From contig JBGSIV010000157.1 in assembly GCA_041742355.1 (NCBI GenBank), positions 35,446-99,445 on the forward strand: a stretch of DNA of 64,000 nucleotides. Reading direction: 5' to 3'. The notes under the pieces are model-generated. The model saw only the letters and a list, made by a program, of their open reading frames with translations. It was not told where the DNA came from and ran no database searches. This document shows, piece by piece, positions 38,016 to 48,650 of the stretch. This DNA is from Candidatus Zixiibacteriota bacterium. GTDB lineage: Bacteria > Zixibacteria > MSB-5A5 > GN15 > FEB-12. Numbering within the stretch: the stretch's first letter is position 1; the number at the start of each line of letters is the position of its first letter. The position numbers and the translations under genes are program-made.

Positions 38016-39695
38016 ATGGATAACGCACTTCGGTTCGATGTCGGTCAGAACCCCATTCAGTACTGCGGCATGCAGAAGATGTACCCGTTCAGCAAGGACC
38101 GGGTAATCGAAATCAATCTCCACCATCACCATGTGTTCGGTATGTATGATATCGAACTGGTATCCGGGACAGCGATCTGCCTTGCCGACGAGCTCAATCC
38201 CAAGTCCAATCTGGGGGCGTTCCGCAACCGAAAACTGCGCGAGGCCGCGGTGCTCTCGGCCGCACTCTCGGCGGTGACCGTGGCGCTCCACGGCCGCGGC
38301 AGCCTCAACGCCGTGCCCAAGGAGCAGCAGACCAACGAGCTGAAGAACGAACTGAAGCGGGGGAACGACCGGACCTCGGCGCAGGTCATGGCGGAAGTCC
38401 TCCAGACGACAACGGAGACGCTGTCGATCGGCGAGGAAGTGCTGATCGAGTCGACAATTACCGAAGGCGTCCGGGCGAAACCGGGCAAAGAGGCCGGGGG
38501 CAACCCCACGATCGCCGTCGGCGCACTCTTCGGCAAGAAGGAACACCGCGCCCGATATGGCCTGGACCTCGGGAAAAATGTCACCCTGCTGTCGATGGGA
38601 AACGACGTAATCGACGGGACAACCAAGTCGGTCAAGGGACTCCACTCGTCAATGACCTGCATGTTCCTCATCGAGTCGCAGGTGAAACGGCATCTGCCCG
38701 ACATTTACGTGCAGCGCTGGCTGAGCGGCGCGCACTTTGACGAGTTCAACCCGCGCGAGGGAACGCTCCTGGATGCCGCGAAACTGATCGCGGACAGCTA
38801 CGGCCACGGCGACCTGCAAAAACTCAGCGCCTTCTTCATCGACCGTTCTCGCCACTACCCGGCCATGGACGTGCTCGGAAAAGCCGGGGTGGCGATCCCC
38901 TATGACGCCGACGGCGACCTGTTCCCCGCACTCGTGCTCGGGCTCGACGGCGTGCGGTTTTCCAACGGGCGGCAGCTCAACTCGATGGTGGGGGAGATCG
39001 GCGGTTCGGCCGAGTGGGTTGTCGGCGCCCTCCCCCTGGTCTGGCGCGGCGGACAGGCCATCGGCATGCTGACCAGCCATCACTCCCTGACTCAGAGCGG
39101 CAAGTCCCCCGAAGAGCTGTGGAACGAGCGCTTCCACTACACCGAAGACGAATTGATGATGATCCAGGATGCCCGCTTCCAGCAGAAACCGTATTTCTCC
39201 ATCAAGGACATCATTGAAAACCCGTACGGCGGCGGCATCAGCGCATTCGGGGCAATCACCGACAGCGTCTACCTGCCGTTCATGAAAGGCGTGACCTTCG
39301 ACGAGAAGACGAAGAGGATCAACGTCGCGACACTGGTCATAAATTCGCTCGGGTTGACCGAAGTCTGGCAGATGGAGTTCGCCTGCCGGACATCCCTGGC
39401 GCGCACGAAGGATTTGATGGCATCCCCGAAAGAGCAATTCCAGGGGTTGCACGGCCAGCAGCTCGAAGCGGCAATCGGCCGCATGCTCGAGGATACCGGC
39501 GGAGAGCGTCGCTACCGGATATTCTTCAACAACGAGTACTACCCAGCGCTCGTGCCGATCCGGGAGAAAGTGGCGCTCCTGAACCAGGCGCTCGAAGGCC
39601 TGATCTCGCGCGGGGCGCTGGATGATCAGGATCGCGAAATTGTGGAAATTACGGCCCGCCTTGCACCGGAGTGGTGGGTCGACAACCAGTGGTAA
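38016..39695 (+). CDS. glpX: Divergent class II fructose-1,6-bisphosphatase (GlpX-like) with extensions
   Basis: Ordered GlpX-like motifs: ITEG, DVIDGTTKSVKG, PDIYV, IDRSRH, DGDL, IGGSAE, GAITDS..MKGV. Confidence 0.62.
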   Translation: MDNALRFDVGQNPIQYCGMQKMYPFSKDRVIEINLHHHHVFGMYDIELVSGTAICLADELNPKSNLGAFRNRKLREAAVLSAALSAVTVALHGRGSLNAVPKEQQTNELKNELKRGNDRTSAQVMAEVLQTTTETLSIGEEVLIESTITEGVRAKPGKEAGGNPTIAVGALFGKKEHRARYGLDLGKNVTLLSMGNDVIDGTTKSVKGLHSSMTCMFLIESQVKRHLPDIYVQRWLSGAHFDEFNPREGTLLDAAKLIADSYGHGDLQKLSAFFIDRSRHYPAMDVLGKAGVAIPYDADGDLFPALVLGLDGVRFSNGRQLNSMVGEIGGSAEWVVGALPLVWRGGQAIGMLTSHHSLTQSGKSPEELWNERFHYTEDELMMIQDARFQQKPYFSIKDIIENPYGGGISAFGAITDSVYLPFMKGVTFDEKTKRINVATLVINSLGLTEVWQMEFACRTSLARTKDLMASPKEQFQGLHGQQLEAAIGRMLEDTGGERRYRIFFNNEYYPALVPIREKVALLNQALEGLISRGALDDQDREIVEITARLAPEWWVDNQW

Positions 39696-39968
39696 GCGCC
39701 GCCGCTCGCTATGAGCGGCTCGCGGACACTTCCCTTTTTCGTGCCGCCGCGCGATCGGCGGGCATCTCACATCTCTGAGCAGGGGCCTTCACTGGCCGAG
39801 AAGGCCCCCGCACCTCTTCGCTGCCGATGCTAAATAATGGACTAACTCCAGCGATTATGCGCCGATCGGAACCACTCCGGTAACCGCCAACGTTATAACT
39901 AGTTGACATCGGGATCTCGCACCGGGCGTAACGGACACTCACAGTCCACAAAAGGAGGAGTAGCGAGT

Positions 39969-40259
39969 ATGCCGAACAAGAAGAAAACGGGCGGGTCGAA
40001 ACGAAGCCACTCGTCCGGCAAGAGCAGTTCCACAAGCAGCACAAGCAAGCGCCATCCGTCGAGTGCGTCCCACCGGACCTTCACGAACTCCAATCCCCGG
40101 AGCCGGTCGGGCGGTTCGACAAGCAAGAGCCTGACCCGCACGAGCCAGTTCGACGATCTGACCAAGCAGGAGTTGTACGAGCGGGCCAGACGGGCCAATG
40201 TCGAAGGGCGCTCGGGCATGTCCAAAGAGCAACTGATGAACGCGCTGAGACGGGGCTGA
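39969..40259 (+). CDS. Small basic protein with Rho-N-terminal-like domain
   Basis: AGGAGG RBS; S/K/R-rich N-terminus; TKQELYERARRANVEGRSGMSKEQLMNAL. Confidence 0.75.
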   Translation: MPNKKKTGGSKRSHSSGKSSSTSSTSKRHPSSASHRTFTNSNPRSRSGGSTSKSLTRTSQFDDLTKQELYERARRANVEGRSGMSKEQLMNALRRG

Positions 40260-40436
40260 GCTGTGACGGGAGGTTGACCCTGCGGCAGTCGCCCGGTTTC
40301 TCCGGATCCCCGCCGCGCGCTTCGCTCTTCAGCCGCGGCGGCCAACCTCCCAAAGAGCTTCGATTTGCCTCCCGAACCAAACAGCCGTATACTTCCCCTG
40401 AAGAAGAATAGGCTGTTTGTTTCGGGAGGCCTTTTT

Positions 40437-41099
40437 ATGCCGGAAAGCAATCTCTACCAGGAGCAGTATGAAGGCGCGGAGTACTACTGGGGCAAGGAGC
40501 CGTCGCAGTCCTGCCGGGATCTCCTGAATCTGGTGCAGTCGCCGCCGGACCGCCCGCTGAGTCTCCTCGATATCGGATGCGGAGAAGGGCGCAACGCTGT
40601 CCACTTCGCCCGACACGGCTTTCTGGTCACGGCCATCGATCGCTCATCCGCCGGCCTGGAGAAGACCGCCCGGCTGGCGCAGGAATGCGGTGTGACGGTG
40701 ACGACGATCGAAGCAGACATCAACCTCTGGACGCCGGATCGCTCGTTCGACGTTCTCTTCTCCAGCGGGACCCTGCACTACCTGCCTCCGGAGATTCGGA
40801 CGGCGAAATTCCATGAGTACCGCGAGGCGACCGTCGCGGGAAGGATCAACGCCTTCTCCGTTCTGATCGAAAAGCCGTTCATCCCGCCGTCGCCCGACGC
40901 ACAGCCGGGCGTGCGGCTATTCCGCTCGGGTGAGCTCATGGCGCACTATTGGGATTGGGAGATGCTCGCCAGCTCGGAAGAGATATTCGACTGCCGCTCC
41001 GGAGGCATCCCGCACCGCCACGCCGTCAACAGGATCATCGCCCGCCGCCCGGCCGGGTGGAAAGCTCATTCCGGGCATGAGCCGAGGCAATCAATTTAG
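40437..41099 (+). CDS. Class I SAM-dependent methyltransferase (TehB-like)
   Basis: YYWGKEPS, LLDIGCGEGRNAVHFA, VTAID. Confidence 0.88.
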   Translation: MPESNLYQEQYEGAEYYWGKEPSQSCRDLLNLVQSPPDRPLSLLDIGCGEGRNAVHFARHGFLVTAIDRSSAGLEKTARLAQECGVTVTTIEADINLWTPDRSFDVLFSSGTLHYLPPEIRTAKFHEYREATVAGRINAFSVLIEKPFIPPSPDAQPGVRLFRSGELMAHYWDWEMLASSEEIFDCRSGGIPHRHAVNRIIARRPAGWKAHSGHEPRQSI

Positions 41100-41186
41100 T
41101 TGCCAAGTGGGGCAGGAAGTCGACTATTTGTGCCGTTCGAATTGCGGTCGCCTGTCGCCAAAGCTGTGAAGATATGGGGATTTCGG

Positions 41187-42569
41187 TTGGAAGCTTCGAT
41201 TCAGAGTTCAGAAAAAAAGCGCGTTGCGCTCTGGTCCGTGGCCGCGGCACTATTCATTACGGCCGCGAAGCTGATTGTCGGTCTGGAGACCAACAGCCTC
41301 GGCGTTCTGTCCGAAGCCGCCCATTCCGGTCTCGATCTCATAGCCGCCGTAATGACCTTCTTCGCCGTGTCTATTTCGGGACGTCCGGCTGACCGCGACC
41401 ACCACTATGGTCACGGAAAAATCGAGAATGTCTCGGCGCTTTTCGAAACGCTCCTGCTGGTTTTCACCTGCGGCTGGATCATTTACGAAGGAATCCACCG
41501 GCTGACCGCCGTGCATCCGCAGGTCGAAGCTAATGTCTGGAGTTTCGGCGTGATCGCGGTTGCCATTGTCGTGGATTTTGGGCGTGCGCGGTCCCTCAGC
41601 CGGGTCGCCCGAAAGTACAAGAGTCAGGCGCTCGAGGCCGACGCTCTGCACTTCTCCAGCGACATCTGGTCATCTCTGGTTGTGCTCCTGGGCCTGTTCT
41701 TTGTCTCGGCCGGCTACCCGTGGATGGATGCCATCGCCGCGATCGGGGTAGCCGTGCTCGTGCTGGTCGTAAGTTATCGGCTGGGACGGCGGACGATTGA
41801 CGCCCTCATGGACAGGGTACCGCACGATGTGCCGGAACAGGTCAAAACGGCGATCGGCGCCGTCGCCGGTATCGAGGCGGTCAGCAACCTCCGCCTCCGC
41901 CATGTCGGCGATAAGACTTTTGCCGATGTTGTGGTCGGAATCGACCGCACAGTGTCGTTTGAGCACGCACACCGCATCATGGAGGAGGTCGAGGCCGCGG
42001 TCCGCCGGTGTGTCGGCGAGGCCGACGTGGTCGTACACGGCGAGCCCCATCGCCGCGACGATGAGCGTCTTGAGGAGCAAATAAAAATATATGTGACCCG
42101 GGCCGGCCTCCCCGAGCCGCACCATGTCCGGATTCACCAGGTGGAAGGGCGCACGGCCGTGGAGTTCCACCTCGAGTTTGAGCCGGGCAAGACCCTTCGG
42201 GCGGCGCACGACGTCGCCTCCGGCATTGAAGCGGAAATTCGCCGGGAATGGCCCGCGATCGGCGCCGTGACTATTCATATGGAAGAGCGCTCGCCTCGCG
42301 TGGAACAGGCGGCCGTATCGGATGATCGCGGTCTGCAGGAAGCGGTCCGGCGGGATATCGAAAAACACGAAGCCGTGGCCGCCTGCAGTCGTTGCCAACT
42401 CCTGCGAGTCGGATCACGATATCACATGAGCATTACCTGTAGTTTCCGGGGGGATGATTCGCTGACCACCGTGCATCGCGCCGTTTCGCAACTGGAGCGC
42501 CTGCTGTATCAGAAATACCCCCTCATAGAGCGGATTACGATTCACCCCGAGCCGGCGAAGGGGGAGTAG
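41187..42569 (+). CDS. Cation diffusion facilitator transporter with three C-terminal dimerization domains
   Basis: SEAAHSGLD, HHYGHGKIEN, ADALHFSSD; three ZT_dimer-like repeats ending VVHGEP, TIHMEE, TIHPEP; TTG start inferred. Confidence 0.9.
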   Translation: MEASIQSSEKKRVALWSVAAALFITAAKLIVGLETNSLGVLSEAAHSGLDLIAAVMTFFAVSISGRPADRDHHYGHGKIENVSALFETLLLVFTCGWIIYEGIHRLTAVHPQVEANVWSFGVIAVAIVVDFGRARSLSRVARKYKSQALEADALHFSSDIWSSLVVLLGLFFVSAGYPWMDAIAAIGVAVLVLVVSYRLGRRTIDALMDRVPHDVPEQVKTAIGAVAGIEAVSNLRLRHVGDKTFADVVVGIDRTVSFEHAHRIMEEVEAAVRRCVGEADVVVHGEPHRRDDERLEEQIKIYVTRAGLPEPHHVRIHQVEGRTAVEFHLEFEPGKTLRAAHDVASGIEAEIRREWPAIGAVTIHMEERSPRVEQAAVSDDRGLQEAVRRDIEKHEAVAACSRCQLLRVGSRYHMSITCSFRGDDSLTTVHRAVSQLERLLYQKYPLIERITIHPEPAKGE

Positions 42570-42600
42570 ACCCGATCACGGTCCCAATAACGAGGCAAGC

Positions 42601-42629
42601 GAAAGCCCCGATCATTGATCGGGGCTTTC
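42601..42629. terminator. Bidirectional terminator
   Basis: GAAAGCCCCGATCA-T-TGATCGGGGCTTTC inverted repeat between the CDF gene and the tRNA. Confidence 0.75.
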
Positions 42630-42638
42630 TTCTATTTA

Positions 42639-42720
42639 TGCGGATGGCCGGACTCGAACCGGCATGGGTTTCCCCACTACCCCCTCAAGATAGCGTGTCT
42701 ACCAGTTTCACCACATCCGC
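42639..42720 (-). tRNA. tRNA-Leu (anticodon GAG)
   Basis: GCGGATG acceptor stem, D loop with TGGTA, anticodon arm CTATC-TTGAGGG-GGTAG, long variable arm, GTTCGAGTC T loop; CCA not encoded; classic position after secG. Confidence 0.96.
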
Positions 42721-42773
42721 GGAACTGACGATGTCAAAGAACGGCCGGGAGTCGTTCCCGGCAGGTCCGGCTC

Positions 42774-43187
42774 TTACTGACTGTCGCCCTGCGGCGTAAC
42801 CGGGTTGACATCCAGATTCAGCAGAGAGTCTCCGGACTGCTGTTGCTGCTGCTGCTGCTGCTGCTGCATCGACTGCTCGCGGGCTTTCTGGGCCTCGCGG
42901 GTGACAACCGATTCGACCTCACCCGGGGCTGTGGCCACGCGTCCGCTCCGGTTGGCCGACATCACGGCCAGGCCGACGCAGTTCAGCATGAACAGCACCG
43001 CGAGAACAGTCGTCGCTTTGCTCAGAAACGAGCCGGCACCACGGCCGCCGAACACGGCGCCGCCTAAGCCGCCACCACCGCCAAATGCGCTCCCGGCCAG
43101 GCCCTCGCCTTTGCTCGATTGGAGCAGCACCACGATGATCAGGGCGATGCACACAAGCACGTGGAAGATGATCAGTGCTACGAACAA
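42774..43187 (-). CDS. secG: Preprotein translocase subunit SecG
   Basis: VLLQSSKGEGL, FGGRGAGSFLSKAT; synteny tpiA-secG-tRNA-Leu. Confidence 0.95.
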   Translation of the reverse strand: MFVALIIFHVLVCIALIIVVLLQSSKGEGLAGSAFGGGGGLGGAVFGGRGAGSFLSKATTVLAVLFMLNCVGLAVMSANRSGRVATAPGEVESVVTREAQKAREQSMQQQQQQQQQQSGDSLLNLDVNPVTPQGDSQ

Positions 43188-43203
43188 GTAATAAACCTCC
43201 GTA

Positions 43204-43959
43204 TCAGGCAGCGTTTATAATCGCCAGAAAATCGGCCGCCTTCAATGACGCTCCGCCTACCAGGGCGCCGTCGATATCCGGTTCGGCCAGCAGTTCCGCG
43301 GCATTGTCCGGCTTCACTGACCCGCCGTAGAGGATCGGGACCTCGCAGGCGACCGTCTGGCCGCACAGTGCGGTCATGCGTTCCCGGATGAACGCGTGCA
43401 CCTCCTGAGCCATTTCCGGCGTGGCCGTTTTGCCCGTACCGATGGCCCAAACCGGCTCGTACGCGATCACCAGGCGCTTCAGTGCGTCCGGTTCCACCTC
43501 CAAGAGGCCGGTATCCACCTGCGTGCCGATAACCTGCTTTGTGCCGCCGCCCTGACGCTGCTCAAGTTCTTCCCCGACACAGACTATCGGTATCAAGCCC
43601 TTGCGCAATGCCGTCCGGACCTTGGCATTCACGGTACGATCGGACTCGCGGTGGTACTGCCGCCGCTCAGAGTGGCCCAATATAACGTGGGTCACCCCGA
43701 CTGTCAAGAGCATGTCGGCCGATATCTCGCCAGTGTACGCACCGTTTTCATGTTCCGTCATGTTCTGGGCGCCGACCGCCATCTTGCTGCCTTTCAGCAG
43801 ATTAACCGCAAACTGCAATGACGTGAAGGGCGGACAGACAACCACCTCGGCCTTTGCGGTGTCCCACCGGCTGTCCAACAGGCTCCGCAGCAGGCGTTCT
43901 GTCTCAGGAATCGTGCCGTTGCACTTCCAGTTGCCGGCAATGAGTTTCCGGCCCCTCAT
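43204..43959 (-). CDS. tpiA: Triosephosphate isomerase
   Basis: AGNWK, GHSERR, AYEPVWAIGTG, YGGSVK, LVGGASL. Confidence 0.98.
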   Translation of the reverse strand: MRGRKLIAGNWKCNGTIPETERLLRSLLDSRWDTAKAEVVVCPPFTSLQFAVNLLKGSKMAVGAQNMTEHENGAYTGEISADMLLTVGVTHVILGHSERRQYHRESDRTVNAKVRTALRKGLIPIVCVGEELEQRQGGGTKQVIGTQVDTGLLEVEPDALKRLVIAYEPVWAIGTGKTATPEMAQEVHAFIRERMTALCGQTVACEVPILYGGSVKPDNAAELLAEPDIDGALVGGASLKAADFLAIINAA

Positions 43960-45173
43960 GAGCGCACAGCCTCAGTCTTCCCGAAATTGGTCAAGGCTGC
44001 CACACCGGGCAGTTCCTTCCCTTCGAGGAATTCCAGCGAGGCGCCGCCACCGGTCGAAATGTGCGACAATTTCGCCTCCACACCGGCGTCTTTCACCGCC
44101 GAGGCTGAGTCACCGCCGCCGACAACAGTGGTCGCTCCCTGCCCCGTCAGCGTCGCCAGCAGGCGTGCGATCGCCAGCGTTCCCTCGGCGAAGGGTTTGT
44201 GCTCGAACACGCCCATCGGGCCGTTCCACACCACCGTTTTGGCCGACTTGAGCTTCTCCTCGAACAACTTGATTGTCTTGGGTCCGATATCGAGCCCCCT
44301 CCAGCCCTCGGGGATCTTGTCGATATCGACCACCTTCGTCTCGGCGGTATCCGAGATCTCCCTGGCGATGACGGCATCGACCGGGAAGACGAACTCGGCG
44401 CGCGAACTCTTGATCTTCTGGATGATCTCTTTGGCCAGTTCGACCTTGTCGGCCTCGAGCAGCGAATCACCGATCGGGTAGCCCATCGCTTTGCTGAACG
44501 TGAAAGTCATGCCGCCGCCGATCAGGAGCAGGTCGACTTTGTTCATCAGGTTGGTGATGACATCGATCTTGCCCGAAATCTTGGAGCCGCCCAGGATGGC
44601 GGCAAACGGACGCTGCGGGTTCTCCAGGGCGGTCCCCAGGTAGTTCAGCTCTTTCTCCATGAGGTAGCCGGCGATCGCCTGACGGAAAAACCTCGCCACG
44701 CCTTCGGTGGAGGCATGGGCGCGGTGAGCGCTGCCGAATGCGTCGTTGACATACGTATCGGCGAGCGAGGCCAGTCGCTGAGCGAACTCGGGGTCGTTCT
44801 TCTCTTCCTTGTCATGGAAGCGGAGATTCTCCAGCAGCACAACATCGCCGTCCTTCATTTTCGAGACGACATTGGCAGCTTCGGGACCGACGCAGTCTTC
44901 GGCAAACATGACCTCCTTGCCGAGCAGCAGGCTCAGTCGCTTGGCCACCGGTCGCAGCGAGTACTTCTCTTCCGGCTTGCCCTTGGGACGTCCGAGGTGG
45001 GAGCAGAGGATTGTCCGACCGCCGTCCTTCATTATCTTCCGGATGGTTGGCAACGCCTCGGTAATGCGCCGATCGTCGCTCACCTCGCCATTCTCAATCG
45101 GTACGTTGAAATCCACCCGCACGAGGACTTTCTGCGAGCGGAAGTTGACGTCGTTTACGGTCACTTTCTTCAT
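43956..45173 (-). CDS. pgk: Phosphoglycerate kinase
   Basis: [48 protein letters not shown]. Confidence 0.98.
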   Translation of the reverse strand: MKKVTVNDVNFRSQKVLVRVDFNVPIENGEVSDDRRITEALPTIRKIMKDGGRTILCSHLGRPKGKPEEKYSLRPVAKRLSLLLGKEVMFAEDCVGPEAANVVSKMKDGDVVLLENLRFHDKEEKNDPEFAQRLASLADTYVNDAFGSAHRAHASTEGVARFFRQAIAGYLMEKELNYLGTALENPQRPFAAILGGSKISGKIDVITNLMNKVDLLLIGGGMTFTFSKAMGYPIGDSLLEADKVELAKEIIQKIKSSRAEFVFPVDAVIAREISDTAETKVVDIDKIPEGWRGLDIGPKTIKLFEEKLKSAKTVVWNGPMGVFEHKPFAEGTLAIARLLATLTGQGATTVVGGGDSASAVKDAGVEAKLSHISTGGGASLEFLEGKELPGVAALTNFGKTEAVRS

Positions 45174-45199
45174 GGCTGCTTCCTTTCCGGTCAGAATGG

Positions 45200-46186
45200 T
45201 TACAGCATTATCCGCATCATGTCAACCATGCGGTTGGAGAAACCCCACTCATTGTCGTACCAGCTGAACACCTTCGCCATTTTGCCGTGGACAGCGGTCA
45301 ACTGACTGTCGAAAATCGAGCCGTGGGGGTTGCCAATGATGTCAACCGACACGATCGGGTCTTCCATGTACTGTAAGGCCCGGCTGAAGCCCGGGGTTTC
45401 CGCGGCTTTCTTCATCGCGGCGTTGATGGCCTCGACCGTCGCTTCCTTCTCGAGGATCACGGCCAGATCGACCAGCGAACCGTCGACCGTGGGAACGCGG
45501 ATGGCCACGCCGTCCATCTTGCCCTTCATGGCCGGGATCACCTCGCTGATCGCCTTGGCGGCGCCGGTGGTCGTCGGAACCATTGACAGGGCGGCGGCAC
45601 GGGCGCGGCGCAGATCCTTGTGCGGAGCGTCCTGGAGCCGCTGGTCGGCCGTGTAGGCGTGGATGGTGGTCATGAAGCCGCTCTCGATGCCGAAGTTGTC
45701 CAGGAGTACTCTCACCACCGGCGCGAGGCAGTTGGTCGTGCAGGAACCGATCGAAATGACCTGGTGATTCTTCTTGTCGTACTGGTTGTCGTTGATGCCC
45801 GGGATGAACGTGCCGTCATGCCCCTTGGCCGGAGCGGAGATGAGCACCTTCTTGGCGCCGGCCTGGATGTGCTTCATCGCATCATCTTTCTTCGTGAACT
45901 TGCCGGTGCATTCCAGCACGATATCGACCCCGAGCTCTTTCCACGGCAGCTTGGCCGGATCGAGTTGCGCCGACACCGGAATCTCCCGGCCGTCGACCAC
46001 GAGGCAGTTGCCATCGACCTTCACCTCGCCCGGATAGCCGCGGTGGATAGAATCGTACTTCAGCAGATGCGCCAGAGTGGCGGCATCGGTGATATCGTTC
46101 ACGGCCACAAACTCAATGTCGGTCCCGCGGGCGGCGCGCAGCACGAGACGCCCGATTCGGCCAAAGCCGTTGATGGCTACTCTCAT
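45200..46186 (-). CDS. gap: Type I glyceraldehyde-3-phosphate dehydrogenase
   Basis: NGFGRIGR, SCTTNCLAP, TTGAAKA, WYDNEWG. Confidence 0.98.
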   Translation of the reverse strand: MRVAINGFGRIGRLVLRAARGTDIEFVAVNDITDAATLAHLLKYDSIHRGYPGEVKVDGNCLVVDGREIPVSAQLDPAKLPWKELGVDIVLECTGKFTKKDDAMKHIQAGAKKVLISAPAKGHDGTFIPGINDNQYDKKNHQVISIGSCTTNCLAPVVRVLLDNFGIESGFMTTIHAYTADQRLQDAPHKDLRRARAAALSMVPTTTGAAKAISEVIPAMKGKMDGVAIRVPTVDGSLVDLAVILEKEATVEAINAAMKKAAETPGFSRALQYMEDPIVSVDIIGNPHGSIFDSQLTAVHGKMAKVFSWYDNEWGFSNRMVDMMRIML

Positions 46187-46911
46187 TACATCCTCCTATT
46201 ACGGTCTGATTCCTTTGAAGAACCTGAATAAAGATATTTTACACCTATGGATATGGCAAGTGCGCCATAGTCCTCGATTGTCATGAGCGGATCGCCGAAC
46301 TCGATCGGCAGGTACTTGATGTTGAAATCGAGTCCGATCTGCGAGGCGATCGGCCAGTCAAAGCCGCCGCCAACAGCATAGTTGAAATCGGTCGCCGATT
46401 CCTCGTCGAGTTCAGGGTAGTAGTAGTAGTCCGTGGATGAGGTGAATTGCACCGAACGACGGCCGTAGAACAACCCGCCCCCGCCGGTCACATAGGGCTG
46501 AACGGTCCAGCCGGTCGATGCCAGCGGGTACAGCTTGGCCTGCAGCAGCACCGTGTAGAGAATCACGTTGCCTACGTTGTCGCGGTCCTCGACCCGAAAA
46601 GTGACGGAGCCGCGGTTAACGATGCCGACTGAGAATTCCCCCATCAGGGCACGGGTGAAACGGTGGGCGTAGTAACCCTCGAAGTAGAAACTGGCGTCGT
46701 GGAAGTTGGTCTCGAAAATCTCCTCGGCGTCCGCGGTGTCGCGTTCCGGCGGCATGTCGCCGAGGTTCGCCCAGCCGCCCAGACGGATGCCGACTTGGTG
46801 GGTGTTGAAGAACCCTCTCTCGGCCGCGGCCGAGTCCGGTTCGGCTCCCTGCGACGCCACGGCCGGCGCAATGACGCCCATGAACACTACTATGGCGAGA
46901 TGTTTGTACAT
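46186..46911 (-). CDS. Outer-membrane beta-barrel protein (OmpA/OmpW-like)
   Basis: Signal peptide from MYKHL; QPYVTGGGG, GGGFDW, ISIGVKY alternating strands. Confidence 0.7.
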   Translation of the reverse strand: MYKHLAIVVFMGVIAPAVASQGAEPDSAAAERGFFNTHQVGIRLGGWANLGDMPPERDTADAEEIFETNFHDASFYFEGYYAHRFTRALMGEFSVGIVNRGSVTFRVEDRDNVGNVILYTVLLQAKLYPLASTGWTVQPYVTGGGGLFYGRRSVQFTSSTDYYYYPELDEESATDFNYAVGGGFDWPIASQIGLDFNIKYLPIEFGDPLMTIEDYGALAISIGVKYLYSGSSKESDRNRRM

Positions 46912-47078
46912 GCCGCTCTTCCTCGATTGACTATACTCGTGGCCGCCCTGCCCGGAGTGACTCCCGCCGGCGGCGTTTCTGGACCTCAGCGCTAGTATCG
47001 ACATCCCATCCATTCTCAGTATGCACTACTGCACCCATATCCCCATGATGTTCGGCGCATGAACGTCCGCAGGGGCGC

Positions 47079-48650
47079 TCACGGTGTACTCGGGGGATAC
47101 AGGTAAATACGGCTCTCAGTGTAATCCAACAGTACCCGAAATCGTTCCAGGACCAGGTTTCCGATGTTGCCGGCGAGTTCCTCGCTGCCCGACAGCCCCT
47201 GAGTCGATTCCGGGATAATGGTCGGCAGGTTCTCCAGCTGGATATTGCCCAGCCGGAACCGCGGCACGGTGGCCGAAAGGGTCCGGGCATCGCCGCCGAC
47301 ACCGGTCAGGCTCCGGTCCAGCTCCTGAATATCGGTCAACACCGTGTCCAGCCCGCGGGAGCGGTAAAATTGGTTGTGGAGCACCAGGCCGACCGAATTG
47401 CCGAGGTCGATGATGAAATCCCCTTCGATACCGTTCACGCTCGCCCGGACAGTCGGAACCAGGAGGGTGAGGTGGAAGTCGAGGGCTGTACCGCCATCCG
47501 GGGGTTTATAGGTCGCCGGATCATACACGGTCAGCGTCGAGTCCCGGTAGTCGATCAGGACCGGAAACCGGGAGAGAAAATCATGACCGAGCAACCCGCC
47601 CGCGGTCGCTCCGGCCGGGGGTTGTATGCCGATTGCAGCGAGATCGATAATCCCGCCGATCTGGTTCAGGAGCGTGAGCGAACCGATCGTGACCGAATCG
47701 GTGCGCACGAGCGGGATTTCGTCCACCCCGCCCAGTCCAACCGCCGGCAGAGATCCGCTCTGCGAAAGATTCAGGGGGGCCACCGCCGGGGCATTGAACA
47801 TGTTGGCCGAGGCGCCGGAGTCGAGAATGAACCAGGCTACCATCGAGCCATTCACGGTTGCCTGCAGCCAGATATGGCCGCGGTGGTACTTGAACGGAAT
47901 CACAACCGAATCGGCGCCGCCCGAAAAACGGAAATCGACCGTCCCCAGAGCAGCCGTCGGCATGCCGAAGAGCGTCGGATCCACCTCGACATCGAGTTCG
48001 ACCGACCGGGTGATCATCTCGGTAAACAGCGGGACCTCGCGAAAGTCGGTGCGGGCGCGGTGGGCCATCCGAATGCCGCCGACTGACCGATAATCGCTCG
48101 CCCGGGTGACGGCGGTCAGGTTGTCCATGCGCTCGACGATTACTTCGGGTTCGGCGGTGCCGGGATCCAGGAGCATGATGATCGTGTCGGTGCCGAACGG
48201 ATAGATGGCGGCCTGGAGCCAGGTCGTGTCATTACTCGTGGTGTCGCCCAGGTACCCGGCGCCGCCGGGCAGCCGGTCCGGCAGAACGAACGAGTAGGAC
48301 GCAAGGTAGACCTGGGTCAGCAGCTGACGTCGTTCCATCCCTTCGACTTCGGAGACCCGCCCGTTGTGGTCGCGTTTCCAGGCCGTGGTGCCGTCATACG
48401 CCTGCACGAGAGTCATGCCGCCGATACGGATCTCGATGTAAAAGCGGTCGGGCGCGGCGAACACCTGCGTATACTCGCCGGTCAGGCCGTTAAGATTGGC
48501 GCTGCCCTCAGTGCGGTAAGACTGTAGCCCGGCCAATGTGGTCCGAGCGTCGGTCCCACCGATCGAGGCAACAAGCAGGGAGTCAATGTCAACCGCCTGG
48601 GCACATGATCCCAGCAGCAGGGCAAAGAGCAAGTGCACGAACCGTCTCAT
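47079..48650 (-). CDS. Exported aspartyl protease (two retropepsin-like domains) with N-terminal LolA-like region
   Basis: FILDSGAS...GLLGHDFL and FIIDLGN...GNIGNLVL. Confidence 0.8.
   Translation of the reverse strand: MRRFVHLLFALLLGSCAQAVDIDSLLVASIGGTDARTTLAGLQSYRTEGSANLNGLTGEYTQVFAAPDRFYIEIRIGGMTLVQAYDGTTAWKRDHNGRVSEVEGMERRQLLTQVYLASYSFVLPDRLPGGAGYLGDTTSNDTTWLQAAIYPFGTDTIIMLLDPGTAEPEVIVERMDNLTAVTRASDYRSVGGIRMAHRARTDFREVPLFTEMITRSVELDVEVDPTLFGMPTAALGTVDFRFSGGADSVVIPFKYHRGHIWLQATVNGSMVAWFILDSGASANMFNAPAVAPLNLSQSGSLPAVGLGGVDEIPLVRTDSVTIGSLTLLNQIGGIIDLAAIGIQPPAGATAGGLLGHDFLSRFPVLIDYRDSTLTVYDPATYKPPDGGTALDFHLTLLVPTVRASVNGIEGDFIIDLGNSVGLVLHNQFYRSRGLDTVLTDIQELDRSLTGVGGDARTLSATVPRFRLGNIQLENLPTIIPESTQGLSGSEELAGNIGNLVLERFRVLLDYTESRIYLYPPSTP

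Noticed and set aside
42570..42720. tRNA-Leu as an integration site for a genomic island
   Set aside because: No integrase and no duplicated tRNA 3' end seen in the window
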